From an uncultured bacterium (GTDB lineage: Bacteria > UBP7 > UBA6624), in the NCBI GenBank assembly GCA_964012435.1, contig CAXGSM010000007.1:1-61795 (forward strand): a stretch of 61,795 nt of DNA, written 5' to 3'. Shown piece after piece: positions 27,564-39,006 of this stretch. Within the stretch, counting starts at the first letter, position 1. Each line of letters begins with the position of its first letter. Below the pieces are notes generated by a model. That model saw nothing but the letters and a program-made list of their open reading frames with translations. It was not told the origin of the DNA and searched no databases. The position numbers and the translations under genes were made by a program.

Positions 27564-28901
27564 TTATCGGTTCCAAAACCCCTTTCTTTCTTCGCTAAAC
27601 AACACTTCCTTGCCTCTTTTGGAATAATCAATTTTATCTTCTGCAAAAACCCTTAACCCATTTACCCAAACCATCTCAGGCCAACCAGTTATTTTTTGAC
27701 CATCCCAAGGTGACCAAGCACATTTTGTAATTTGATCCTTGTTCTTGATTGTTTTTTCTTTATTGAGGTCAACAAGAACTAGATCAGAATGATAATCTGT
27801 TTTGATTTTGCCCTTGTGGGGAATATTCCAAAGTTTAGCAGGATTGGTAGCCATGCACTTAATAACTCTTTCTAGCGATATTTTATTTTTATTGACCTGG
27901 TTTAACATTAATGCTAATGAGTTTTCGACACTTGGCATTCCTGAAGGAGACTTTGGATATCTTTGCATTTTTTCTTCCAGGGTGTGCGGAGCATGATCCG
28001 TAGCTATAACCTGAATGACACCTTGATTCAAACCATCGAATAATGCTTGCTGATCCTCTTTTGTTTTTACTGAAGGATTGCCTTGCACTAAAGTTTTCAA
28101 CTTGTCATAATCATCTAAAGTAAACATCAGATGAGGTATACAGGCTTCAGCTGTTATAAGGTTTTGGTGATTTTTTATTATTTCTATTTCTTCTTTTGTT
28201 GACAAATGAAGCACATGCATATTTTTATTAGTTTTTTTTGCTAATTTTGTTATTTTTTCTGTAGATGATATTGCAGCTTTTCTGTCTCGTATTTTGGAAT
28301 GCAGCATTACGTCAGATGTAATCTCAATTTCTTTTTTAAATTTTTTAAAATTATTTTTTATTATGGCTTCATCTTCACAATGACCCGCTATGGGAAGATT
28401 TGTTTCTGAAAAAATACTTTCAAGAATATCCATATCTTCAACAAGCAAGTCACCGGTACTTGAACCAAAGAATATTTTTATCCCAGGTGTTCTTGTTGCT
28501 TTTTGCAATTCTTTTAAATTGTCATTTGTTGCACCAATGAAAAAACCGTAGTTAACAAGACTGTTTTTTGATGCAGTGTTAATTTTTGCATAAAGGGCTT
28601 CGTTTGAGGTGGTTGATGGAATAGTATTTGGCATTTCTAAAAAAGTGGTTATTCCACCTTTTGCGCATCCAGCACTTCCATAAAAAATATCCTCTTTATG
28701 CGTCATGCCAGGTTCTCTGAAGTGCACCTGATCATCAATCAAGCCAGGAATGAGATGTAAGCCGTTTGCTTCAATAGTTTCATCAGCGACAGTGGTTTTA
28801 GCAGCATCACATGTGAGAATCTTTTGCTGATCAAATAATATATTAGTTTTCAGGGTTTCATCTTCAAGAATACAGATCGCATTTTTGATTAAAGTCCTCA
28901 T
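27564..28901 (-). CDS. pyrC: Dihydroorotase
   Basis: DDQVHFREPG, EMPNT, HLST, ATDHAPH. Confidence 0.9.
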   Translation of the reverse strand: MRTLIKNAICILEDETLKTNILFDQQKILTCDAAKTTVADETIEANGLHLIPGLIDDQVHFREPGMTHKEDIFYGSAGCAKGGITTFLEMPNTIPSTTSNEALYAKINTASKNSLVNYGFFIGATNDNLKELQKATRTPGIKIFFGSSTGDLLVEDMDILESIFSETNLPIAGHCEDEAIIKNNFKKFKKEIEITSDVMLHSKIRDRKAAISSTEKITKLAKKTNKNMHVLHLSTKEEIEIIKNHQNLITAEACIPHLMFTLDDYDKLKTLVQGNPSVKTKEDQQALFDGLNQGVIQVIATDHAPHTLEEKMQRYPKSPSGMPSVENSLALMLNQVNKNKISLERVIKCMATNPAKLWNIPHKGKIKTDYHSDLVLVDLNKEKTIKNKDQITKCAWSPWDGQKITGWPEMVWVNGLRVFAEDKIDYSKRGKEVLFSEERKGFWNR

Positions 28902-28933
28902 TTTTTAATTCTATTGATAGTTGATAATAAAAT

Positions 28934-31809
<2,876 letters not shown>

Positions 31810-31811
31810 GA

Positions 31812-32747
31812 TTAACTCCTTCTTTTAATTGATTTTTTGGCACATTTGATAATGTCATCAACAGTTAAACCCATTAATTCCATTAACTCTTCTGGCTTTC
31901 CGGATTGACCATACTTGTCTTTCACACCTACATTTTCTATTGGAATTGGATGCTTGCTTATCAAGCATTCTGAAATTGCACCACCCAGGCCGCCAATTAC
32001 AGAATGATCTTCAACAGTCACCGCACATCCACATAATTTAGCTTTAGCAATAACAAGTTCTTCATCTAAAGGTTTGATTGTATGCATGTCAATCACAGTT
32101 GCATGAATCCCTTCTTCAGAAAGTTTTTCCGCTGCTTCAAGCGATCTTGCGACCATGATGCCACAGGCAAAAATAACAACATCATCACCCTTTTTGTGGA
32201 CAACCCCTTTTCCTATCTTTAGTTCTTCAATTTTGTCTTCGTACAATCTAGGCACTTTGTTTCGAGTTGTTCGCATGTAAGACGGACTTGGATATTCTGA
32301 TAATTGAATTGTTAACTCTTCAGCAGATAGATCATCAGCAGGGTGTATTACTGTCATGTTTGGTAATGACCTGAATATAGCCAAATCTTCAACAGATTGC
32401 GCAGAGCTTCCGTCTTCACCTGTATGCATTCCACCATGACTGCCGCATAGATGCACATTCAATTCAGGACGACAAACTCCATTTCTCATTTGTTCGAAAG
32501 CTCTTTCACTAAATATTGCAAAAGTGCTTGCAAACGGAATGTAACCAGAGGAAGCAAGTCCAGCTGCAACTAAAACCATATTTTGCTCAGATATACCAAC
32601 ACAAAATGTTCTTTCTGGATGTTCTTTTCTGAACCAACAGCTTTTTGTTGATTTTCCTAAATCAGCTTCTAACACTACAACTTTTGGGTTTTTTGCCAAT
32701 TTCAATAAGGCACTTCCATAACCATCTCTTGGAGCAGCTAGAGTCAT
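31812..32747 (-). CDS. Transketolase C-terminal subunit
   Basis: GISEQN, GEDGSS, TIKPLD, EDHSVIGGLG. Confidence 0.92.
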   Translation of the reverse strand: MTLAAPRDGYGSALLKLAKNPKVVVLEADLGKSTKSCWFRKEHPERTFCVGISEQNMVLVAAGLASSGYIPFASTFAIFSERAFEQMRNGVCRPELNVHLCGSHGGMHTGEDGSSAQSVEDLAIFRSLPNMTVIHPADDLSAEELTIQLSEYPSPSYMRTTRNKVPRLYEDKIEELKIGKGVVHKKGDDVVIFACGIMVARSLEAAEKLSEEGIHATVIDMHTIKPLDEELVIAKAKLCGCAVTVEDHSVIGGLGGAISECLISKHPIPIENVGVKDKYGQSGKPEELMELMGLTVDDIIKCAKKSIKRRS

Positions 32748-33613
32748 CCGTATATCTCCTTCAATGCCTGTTCCAGTTGTTCTGGATTTGCTGCAGCTCC
32801 ATGAAATGCAGGGTTGTTTTCCATAAAACTAACACCCTTGCCTTTTACGGTTTTTGCTATCACTATAGCCGGTTTGCCCTTGATTGAATCTAACCAGGTA
32901 ATGCTTTTTTTTATCTCATCATGGCAGTGACCATCAATTGTTTTTGTCTCCCAGCCAAAAGCTTTCCATTTTGCTTCAATATTCCCCATCAACATTTGAT
33001 TGTCACAAAAATCATCATTTTGTATGCCATTGTTATCTAAAAACACTTTTAGATTGTCAAGATTAAAGTTTGAAGCTGACATTGCCGCTTCCCAAACTTG
33101 ACCTTCTTGAATCTCTCCATCACCAAGCATCACAAAAATTGTTCTTAATGATTTCTCCATCCTGGCTGCAAGTGCACATCCGATTCCAAAAGACAAACCC
33201 ATTCCCAGTGACCCAGCAGAAAAATCAACTCCTGGAGCCCACTTGCTATCAACATGTCCTTGGCATACTCCACCAAGTTGCCTGAAATTTCTTACATCAT
33301 CATCATTTATGAATTCCATTTCTCTCAATATTGCATACATGCCAGGGCTTGCATGACCTTTGCTCATGATAAATCTGTCTCTGTCTTCCCATCTAGGCAT
33401 CTCAGCTTGAACCTGCATTCTTTCAACATAAAGACAAACAAGCATGTCTATTGCTGATAGAGACCCTCCAGGATGTCCTGAATTAGCCCATGATGTCATT
33501 CTTAAGATGTGTTCACGGCATTTTTTAGCAACTTCGAGAGAGTTTTTTTGATTAGGGTTGTTGTTTGTTCCTGGTCCCATATTTGTAATCATTATGGGAT
33601 AATATTCTAGCAC
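32744..33613 (-). CDS. Transketolase N-terminal subunit
   Basis: SGHPGGS, SKGHA, GDGEIQEG, KTVKGKG; true start probably 33592 or 33580. Confidence 0.92.
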   Translation of the reverse strand: MLEYYPIMITNMGPGTNNNPNQKNSLEVAKKCREHILRMTSWANSGHPGGSLSAIDMLVCLYVERMQVQAEMPRWEDRDRFIMSKGHASPGMYAILREMEFINDDDVRNFRQLGGVCQGHVDSKWAPGVDFSAGSLGMGLSFGIGCALAARMEKSLRTIFVMLGDGEIQEGQVWEAAMSASNFNLDNLKVFLDNNGIQNDDFCDNQMLMGNIEAKWKAFGWETKTIDGHCHDEIKKSITWLDSIKGKPAIVIAKTVKGKGVSFMENNPAFHGAAANPEQLEQALKEIYG

Positions 33614-33642
33614 CCTTAAATATTATTTAATAATATTTATCG

Positions 33643-34188
33643 CTATTTTCTTGTAAATGATTTTATTTTCTCAAAAACCATCTCATAACATTTTTCTTCA
33701 TTGTCAAGTTCATCCTTGTTGAGTTTTGCAAGCACATAACCAGCTAAATCCGGATGATTTTTAAATTTTCCAACCCCAATTTTGATTCTTTTTATTTCTT
33801 GAGTTTTAAGACATGTGATAATGCTTTTCATTCCATTATGGCCACCAGCGCTTCCCTTTTCGCGAGCTTTAACAAGCCCAATATCAAAATTAATGTCGTC
33901 TAAAAGAATAATAATGTTTTCAGTATCTATTTTTAAATAGTTTTTTATTTTTAAAATCGCAGATCCCGAAAGATTCATGAATGTTAACGGTTTGAACAAG
34001 ATGACATTATCTTTTTTGCACCATAACCCATTGACCCTTTTTAAACCAAGAAAACCATGTTTAAATTTCTGCCATTCTGGATACTGGTTTTTCTCTCTGA
34101 ATGCATCAATTGCACGCCAGCCTGCATTGTGTCTTGTGTTCTGATACTTGTCTCCAGGGTTACCAAGAGCAACGACAAGAAACTTCAC
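33643..34188 (-). CDS. pth: Peptidyl-tRNA hydrolase
   Basis: LGNPG, TRHNAG, FMNLSG, GGHNG. Confidence 0.95.
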   Translation of the reverse strand: MKFLVVALGNPGDKYQNTRHNAGWRAIDAFREKNQYPEWQKFKHGFLGLKRVNGLWCKKDNVILFKPLTFMNLSGSAILKIKNYLKIDTENIIILLDDINFDIGLVKAREKGSAGGHNGMKSIITCLKTQEIKRIKIGVGKFKNHPDLAGYVLAKLNKDELDNEEKCYEMVFEKIKSFTRK

Positions 34189-34724
34189 TGTCGACAGATT
34201 ACTGTATTGCCATGCTGGGCGATTTCAATTCCGTCTGGAATCTTTAAATCTTTTATTCGAAGTTTATCACCCTCTTCCAAGCCAGTTGTTGAAAATGGAA
34301 TAGTTCCAGGCATCTTTCCTGCAGGTCCAGTTATCTTGATTGCTTTAACTTCCATATAGAAACCCTTTGATCTTTGAAGATCCCATTCCCCAGAAGGTAG
34401 CAGGAATACTTTTTTGGTTATCTGCTCTTCAGGTTTCACTGACCACAGGTCAATATGCTGTAGTGTTCCATCAAAATAATGATTTTGTATCTCATTGAAG
34501 ACTGCAGTGCCTTTCTTTTTTCCATCTAATTCAACCTCTACAACCTGGTTGGATTTGTACATTTTTTTCAAGGTAGCCATTACGGTTTTTTTATCAACCT
34601 CAAATGCAATAGGCTCTGCACCTTTTCCATAAAGAACACCAGGGACAGACCCTTCTCTTCTCATTTTCCTTAAAGCGGATTTTCCGCTTTCTTTTCTGGA
34701 TTTGATTGCTAGTACGTTACTCAT
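34185..34724 (-). CDS. rplY: 50S ribosomal protein L25/Ctc
   Basis: RREGSVPGVLYG, HIDL; adjacent to pth. Confidence 0.9.
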   Translation of the reverse strand: MSNVLAIKSRKESGKSALRKMRREGSVPGVLYGKGAEPIAFEVDKKTVMATLKKMYKSNQVVEVELDGKKKGTAVFNEIQNHYFDGTLQHIDLWSVKPEEQITKKVFLLPSGEWDLQRSKGFYMEVKAIKITGPAGKMPGTIPFSTTGLEEGDKLRIKDLKIPDGIEIAQHGNTVICRQ

Positions 34725-34726
34725 GA

Positions 34727-34996
34727 CTATCTCCTCAAACCAAGGCTCTTGATTAGTTTTTGGTACCTGTCAACATCCTTTCTCTTAAGGTAGTCAAGCA
34801 GATCTCTTCTTCTCTGAATCAAAGCCAAGAAGCCTCTTTTCCCATGGTTGTCTTTACGGTTGTCTTTAAGATGCTCCGTAAGTTGGTTGATTCTGTAAGT
34901 CAAGAGGGCAACCTGCACCTCAGGACTTCCCGTATCACCTTTTTTGATTGCAAAGTCTTTGATAATCTTAGACTTTATTTTTGCTTCAATGCTCAT
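34727..34996 (-). CDS. rpsO: 30S ribosomal protein S15 (89 aa)
   Basis: [23 protein letters not shown] at 35003-35007 fixes the start at 34996. Confidence 0.97.
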   Translation of the reverse strand: MSIEAKIKSKIIKDFAIKKGDTGSPEVQVALLTYRINQLTEHLKDNRKDNHGKRGFLALIQRRRDLLDYLKRKDVDRYQKLIKSLGLRR

Positions 34997-35007
34997 AAAT
35001 TTCCTCC

Positions 35008-35060
35008 ATTGCCACGATGTAACTCGGTTTGAACCCAGTAGTAACGTAGCTCCTCTGTGT
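35008..35060 (-). promoter_or_regulatory. Candidate structured rpsO leader (S15 autoregulation)
   Basis: GCUACG/CGUGGC stem enclosing a smaller hairpin just 5' of the RBS; TAGAAT -10 at 35067-35072 (minus). Confidence 0.4.
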
Positions 35061-35152
35061 CCAGCAATTCTACCTTTTGTTGTGTGTTTTTTGGTTGGCA
35101 AGTGATTTGTTTGAGAAAATATGGCTTGTTTTAAGCAGATAACTTAGTCTTA

Positions 35153-36049
35153 TCAGCCTTTCCGGCAGGTTTCTATATCTCTGCTGATTTGGCCTTTCAG
35201 TTCATCGATATTTTCAAATTTTTTCTCTTCCCTTATCTTTTTTGCCAAAAAGATCTTCACATCTTTGCCATAGATGATCTGGTCAAAATCCAGAATGTGG
35301 ACCTCAAGCCAAACATCCCCTTCACCAAATGTTTTTCTTGTGCCGTAGTTTATTGCCGCCCTGTATGCCTTTTCGTCAATCTGTATCTTTCCGCAATAGA
35401 CACCATAGCCAGGCTCTTGCTTATCGCCGGATATCTTGATGTTTGCAGTTGGAAAACCGATTCCACCACCCCTTCCGGAACCCTTGACAACCGTTCCGCT
35501 TATGGAGTATTCGCTTCCCAGCAATTCATTGGCTTTCCCGATTTCGCCTTTTGAGATCTTTTCCCTTATGAGTGTGCTGCTTATCTTGGTGCTGCCATCT
35601 GTGACATCACCCAAAACATCAATGGAGATGTCATTCCCGTCACACCATTTTTTCAGTTCACCTGTGTCTCCAGTCCGGTTCTTGCCAAAACGGAAATCCT
35701 CACCGACTGCGAGGTGGGACACCTCTATCTTTTCAAGGATGCTGGCAATGAATTCACTGTGGTTGAGGTTGGCCAGCCGGTCATTGAAATCGACAATCCA
35801 GATGTCTGTAAGGTCTGTATCTGCCAACGACTGGATCTTTTCATCCATGGATGTCAGGCACCTGAATTCGGAGTTCATGAAAAACGCTTTTGGGTGGGGT
35901 TCGAATGTTATCAGCAGCGACTTTTTCGAATTGTCGGCAAGGTTCTGGATGATTTCTTTATGACCCTTGTGTATCCCGTCGTATGAGCCGATTGTCACAG
36001 CATAGGGGCCCTCATTTGGCGTTTCGTTGCTGTTCCAGATCCTCATCAT
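35153..36049 (-). CDS. ribF: Bifunctional riboflavin kinase/FAD synthetase
   Basis: GSYDGIHKGH, TFEPHP, ISST, GFPTAN, LEVHILDF. Confidence 0.95.
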   Translation of the reverse strand: MMRIWNSNETPNEGPYAVTIGSYDGIHKGHKEIIQNLADNSKKSLLITFEPHPKAFFMNSEFRCLTSMDEKIQSLADTDLTDIWIVDFNDRLANLNHSEFIASILEKIEVSHLAVGEDFRFGKNRTGDTGELKKWCDGNDISIDVLGDVTDGSTKISSTLIREKISKGEIGKANELLGSEYSISGTVVKGSGRGGGIGFPTANIKISGDKQEPGYGVYCGKIQIDEKAYRAAINYGTRKTFGEGDVWLEVHILDFDQIIYGKDVKIFLAKKIREEKKFENIDELKGQISRDIETCRKG

Positions 36050-36094
36050 GATTTATTCTATTAATCGTTGTTGATTAGTTAAAAAAATAGCCCC

Positions 36095-36132
36095 TACACG
36101 CATACGCATTACACGGGCCCGTACGTGCGCGT
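36095..36132. other. Alternating purine/pyrimidine CpG-rich tract with palindrome
   Basis: TACACGCATACGCAT, ACGGGCCCGT, CGTACGTGCGCGT between divergent ribF and HD genes. Confidence 0.7.
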
Positions 36133-36148
36133 TAGAATTTCAGCAAGC

Positions 36149-36733
36149 ATGAATTGGCCCCCAAAAAGAGAAGACCTTGAGCAGGTGCTGGCCGAATGGG
36201 TTCCCTCATTCGGGTTGAGAAGGCACATGTATTCGGTTGAGGTTGCCGTTCGCGGATATGCCGAAAGGCACAATGAGGACCCTGACAGCTGGGGGGCTGT
36301 TGCCCTATTCCATGATCTGGACTATGAGAAATACCCCACAGAGGCAGACCATCCATACAGGGCAGTCGATTTCCTCAAAGGGCAAGATTGGCCGGATTGG
36401 GCATTGAGGGCGATACTGTCACATGCGGACTACACCGACACACCTAGGGAGAGCATGCTGGAGAAGGTCCTGTATGCCTGCGATGAAATCACGGGCCTGA
36501 TTGTCGCAACAGCCTTGGTCAGGCCTGACAAGGACATCAAGAGCGTTAAGGTCAAGAGCGTGAAAAAGAAATGGAAGCAGAAGTCTTTCGCTGCAGGCGT
36601 CAATCGCGATGATGTCATCAAAGGCTGTGAGGATCTCGGTGTCGACCTGTGGGAACATGTTGGCTTTGTCCTGGAATGCATGCAGTCTGCATCAGTGCTT
36701 TTGGAGTTGGATGGAAATGAACCTGATAGTTAG
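36149..36733 (+). CDS. HD-superfamily phosphohydrolase (HDIG-like)
   Basis: RRH, FHDLDYE, ILSHAD, ACDEITG, KSFAAGVNR; start at ATG 36149, 10 nt after TAGAAT. Confidence 0.88.
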   Translation: MNWPPKREDLEQVLAEWVPSFGLRRHMYSVEVAVRGYAERHNEDPDSWGAVALFHDLDYEKYPTEADHPYRAVDFLKGQDWPDWALRAILSHADYTDTPRESMLEKVLYACDEITGLIVATALVRPDKDIKSVKVKSVKKKWKQKSFAAGVNRDDVIKGCEDLGVDLWEHVGFVLECMQSASVLLELDGNEPDS

Positions 36734-36956
36734 GCAGGTATTGGAGCTCTTGCTCATTGTGGCATTGTTTTATGTGTCAAAATCAAGCGGAACGACAAAT
36801 GGCTTGTTGGGAATGATGGTTGGTCTTTGCTTGGGCTATTCCGTCTATTTGGGTTTGCAGAGCGGTGATTCAAGCATGTTCAAGCTCAAGAAGTCTTCCC
36901 TGAAGCTTTTCCCCCTGTTTTTTGCAATTTTGGGCTTTTTTCTGGGCTTTTTTTAG
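36717..36956 (+). CDS. Small membrane protein (about 79 aa, 3 hydrophobic segments)
   Basis: Hydrophobic ORF overlapping the HD gene end; GGAG at 36703-36706. Confidence 0.6.
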   Translation: MNLIVRQVLELLLIVALFYVSKSSGTTNGLLGMMVGLCLGYSVYLGLQSGDSSMFKLKKSSLKLFPLFFAILGFFLGFF

Positions 36957-36995
36957 ATTTCAGGGGTATACAGAGGGGAAAAATGCATTTGCCCC

Positions 36996-37024
36996 TTGAC
37001 AAACCGTATTTTCTTAGGCACAAT
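36996..37024 (+). promoter_or_regulatory. Sigma70-type promoter
   Basis: TTGACA (36996-37001), 17 nt spacer, CACAAT (37019-37024); GGAGG RBS at 37046-37050. Confidence 0.7.
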
Positions 37025-37059
37025 ACTTATATCTTAATTACCTCTGGAGGGTTAAATTT

Positions 37060-37251
37060 ATGACATATTCACACGATAACGCTAAAGGAACTTGGTACCT
37101 ACACGGTAAGCAGGTTAATCTTAAAGGCGGACGAACACAACAGATTTACTGGTTCGCAAAAAGCGAAGGCGCAAATGCATGTGACATGCCAAGCGGCTAC
37201 GTAGTTACAGAGTCAGCAAGAACTGGACTTCCTCTTCTAAAGAAAGGTTAG
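37060..37251 (+). CDS. Small basic hypothetical protein (63 aa)
   Basis: Has its own promoter, RBS and terminator; YLH...GGRTQQIYWF...RTGLPLLKK. Confidence 0.85.
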   Translation: MTYSHDNAKGTWYLHGKQVNLKGGRTQQIYWFAKSEGANACDMPSGYVVTESARTGLPLLKKG

Positions 37252-37266
37252 TTTTAAGTTCACATA

Positions 37267-37312
37267 ATTGCGGTGGTTAACGCCACCGCAATAAATTCTT
37301 TTTTCATTTTTT
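37267..37312 (+). terminator. Intrinsic terminator
   Basis: ATTGCGGTGG-ttaacg-CCACCGCAAT hairpin followed by T-rich tract. Confidence 0.8.
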
Positions 37313-37322
37313 CACTTATTTT

Positions 37323-37399
37323 CGGGATGTAGCGCAGCCTGGTAGCGCGCTGCGCTGGGGGTGCAGAGGTCGGAGGTTCGAATCCTCTCGTCCCGACCA
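37323..37399 (+). tRNA. tRNA-Pro(GGG)
   Basis: CGGGATG acceptor, CTGCG-CTGGGGG-TGCAG anticodon arm, GGTTCGAATCC T arm, encoded CCA. Confidence 0.96.
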
Positions 37400-37425
37400 T
37401 TTTTTTATCTTAGGATGTACGTATT

Positions 37426-39006
37426 ATGAAAACAATACTCATCTTTATTTTTTTTCTGACTGCAAGCAGTCTTGACCTCAAAGCAAATCTTGAATCTGCC
37501 CCAAGTTTGATTACCAAAAGTTTCACGACCTCATTAGGCGACGAGGGTCATCTCTGGGAGGTTTCAGGATTGCCCCTAGACGATTCAAAGCCCGTTATTT
37601 TCCTTATCGGCGGATTGAGAGGCGATGAGCCTTATTCAGTTGCTGCAATAGAGCATTTCATGATCAGTCTTGATCAGGATTATAGAAATGGTGATGCTGC
37701 TGCTGTTGAGCTTTTGAGCAGGGTTACCTTCAGGGCTATTCCAGGATTAAACCCATCAGGCCTAAAGCTTGCTGCAGGCATTTCGGAAATGTTCCCATGG
37801 AATGGTGTTCCCTGGGATGATGATGATGATGGCTTCAAAGATGAAGACCCACCTTTTGACCTTAATGGCGATGGGGTGATTGGTTCCGTCAGGATAGAGA
37901 AGCCTTGGGGGGAATGGAAAGAAGTGTTGCCAAAAGACGATTTAAAAATAACAAAAATGAAAAAAGCTGACTTCGTAAAAGGAGAGAAAGGCGGATGGAT
38001 ACTTCGTGATATTGAAGGTGACGACTCTGATGGAGATGGTTTATATGGAGAGGATGGATTGGGAGGAATCTCATTGGACAGGAATTTTCCTTACAACTGG
38101 CAGTTCCCCTATTCCAATTCTGGCGGAGGCCCTTTTGCTGTTAGTGAGAGTGAAGTAAAGTTTGTTGTAGATGAATTGCTGGCTTCTCCTGAGGTTGCAT
38201 TTATTGTTAACGTTAGAGATCTAGGAGCAGGCATGGCTTATCCGATGAGTAATGAATCTTCTGATAAAACCCCTCAAAAAGACAAGAAAATATTTGAGGC
38301 AATTGGAGAAAGGTTTAAACAACAAACACCTTATGAGTCATTCTTCATGGCTAAAGATGGACCTGAATCATGGTCCAAGAAGGGAAATTTTTTGGATTGG
38401 GCTTACGCGGGTTTGGGCAGATGGTCAGTTTCTGTTGGATTATGGGGCTTGCCAAAAGAGCATGAGGAAACTGGTGAGTTAATTTTTGAAAAAGCATGGC
38501 ACCAGGTTTCAGAAAAGGAGTGGTTCGACGTTGTTGGCTACCAGGATTGGACAAGCTACAAAGAGGGAGAAGATTCCTCAGGATGGCCAATTTATGGCAA
38601 AAGCAGGATTCCAGATGGTGAAACAAGATTAACAGGCATTCTCGATAGTTGGCTGAAATCTTTGGTTGGAGAATTGCCAATTCTCAATATAGCTATTGAG
38701 GAATCTGAAAGGCTCAGTTCAGAAACTGTAAAAGTTAAATTGAGAGTATGGAATAGTGGTTTGTTGAGTACAGATTCAGACATGTCATCGCGAATCAGGG
38801 AATCATCAAATGTTTGGGTTCGTTTTCCCGAAAGTGATTCAATGCTGGTTGTAGGTTTGCCGCAAATTAATTTAGGTTCACTTGAACCTGGAGAAAGCAA
38901 GTCTTGGGAGTGGGTGCTCAAAGGCAGGAAGAAGATTGAAGTATCACCAACACACCCCCGATCGTTTGTCAATTCTTTAACAATTGACCCAAAGGAGATT
39001 AAATAA
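37426..39006 (+). CDS. Secreted M14 carboxypeptidase-like protein with degenerate Zn ligands
   Basis: Signal peptide, LNPSG, LDRNFP, SESE, DxDxDG loops; HxxE appears as RGDE. Confidence 0.82.
   Translation: MKTILIFIFFLTASSLDLKANLESAPSLITKSFTTSLGDEGHLWEVSGLPLDDSKPVIFLIGGLRGDEPYSVAAIEHFMISLDQDYRNGDAAAVELLSRVTFRAIPGLNPSGLKLAAGISEMFPWNGVPWDDDDDGFKDEDPPFDLNGDGVIGSVRIEKPWGEWKEVLPKDDLKITKMKKADFVKGEKGGWILRDIEGDDSDGDGLYGEDGLGGISLDRNFPYNWQFPYSNSGGGPFAVSESEVKFVVDELLASPEVAFIVNVRDLGAGMAYPMSNESSDKTPQKDKKIFEAIGERFKQQTPYESFFMAKDGPESWSKKGNFLDWAYAGLGRWSVSVGLWGLPKEHEETGELIFEKAWHQVSEKEWFDVVGYQDWTSYKEGEDSSGWPIYGKSRIPDGETRLTGILDSWLKSLVGELPILNIAIEESERLSSETVKVKLRVWNSGLLSTDSDMSSRIRESSNVWVRFPESDSMLVVGLPQINLGSLEPGESKSWEWVLKGRKKIEVSPTHPRSFVNSLTIDPKEIK

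Noticed and set aside
34997..35101. N-terminal extension of S15 (likewise 36125, 46911, 50264 and 54878 starts)
   Set aside because: Longest-ORF artefacts; RBS or -10 placement and family lengths support the downstream ATGs.
35189..36681. Long antisense and alternative-frame ORFs over ribF and the HD gene (and similar shadows such as 51433-51729, 60350-60757)
   Set aside because: They fully overlap well-supported genes, lack motifs, and are expected from stop-codon scarcity in GC-richer or antisense frames.
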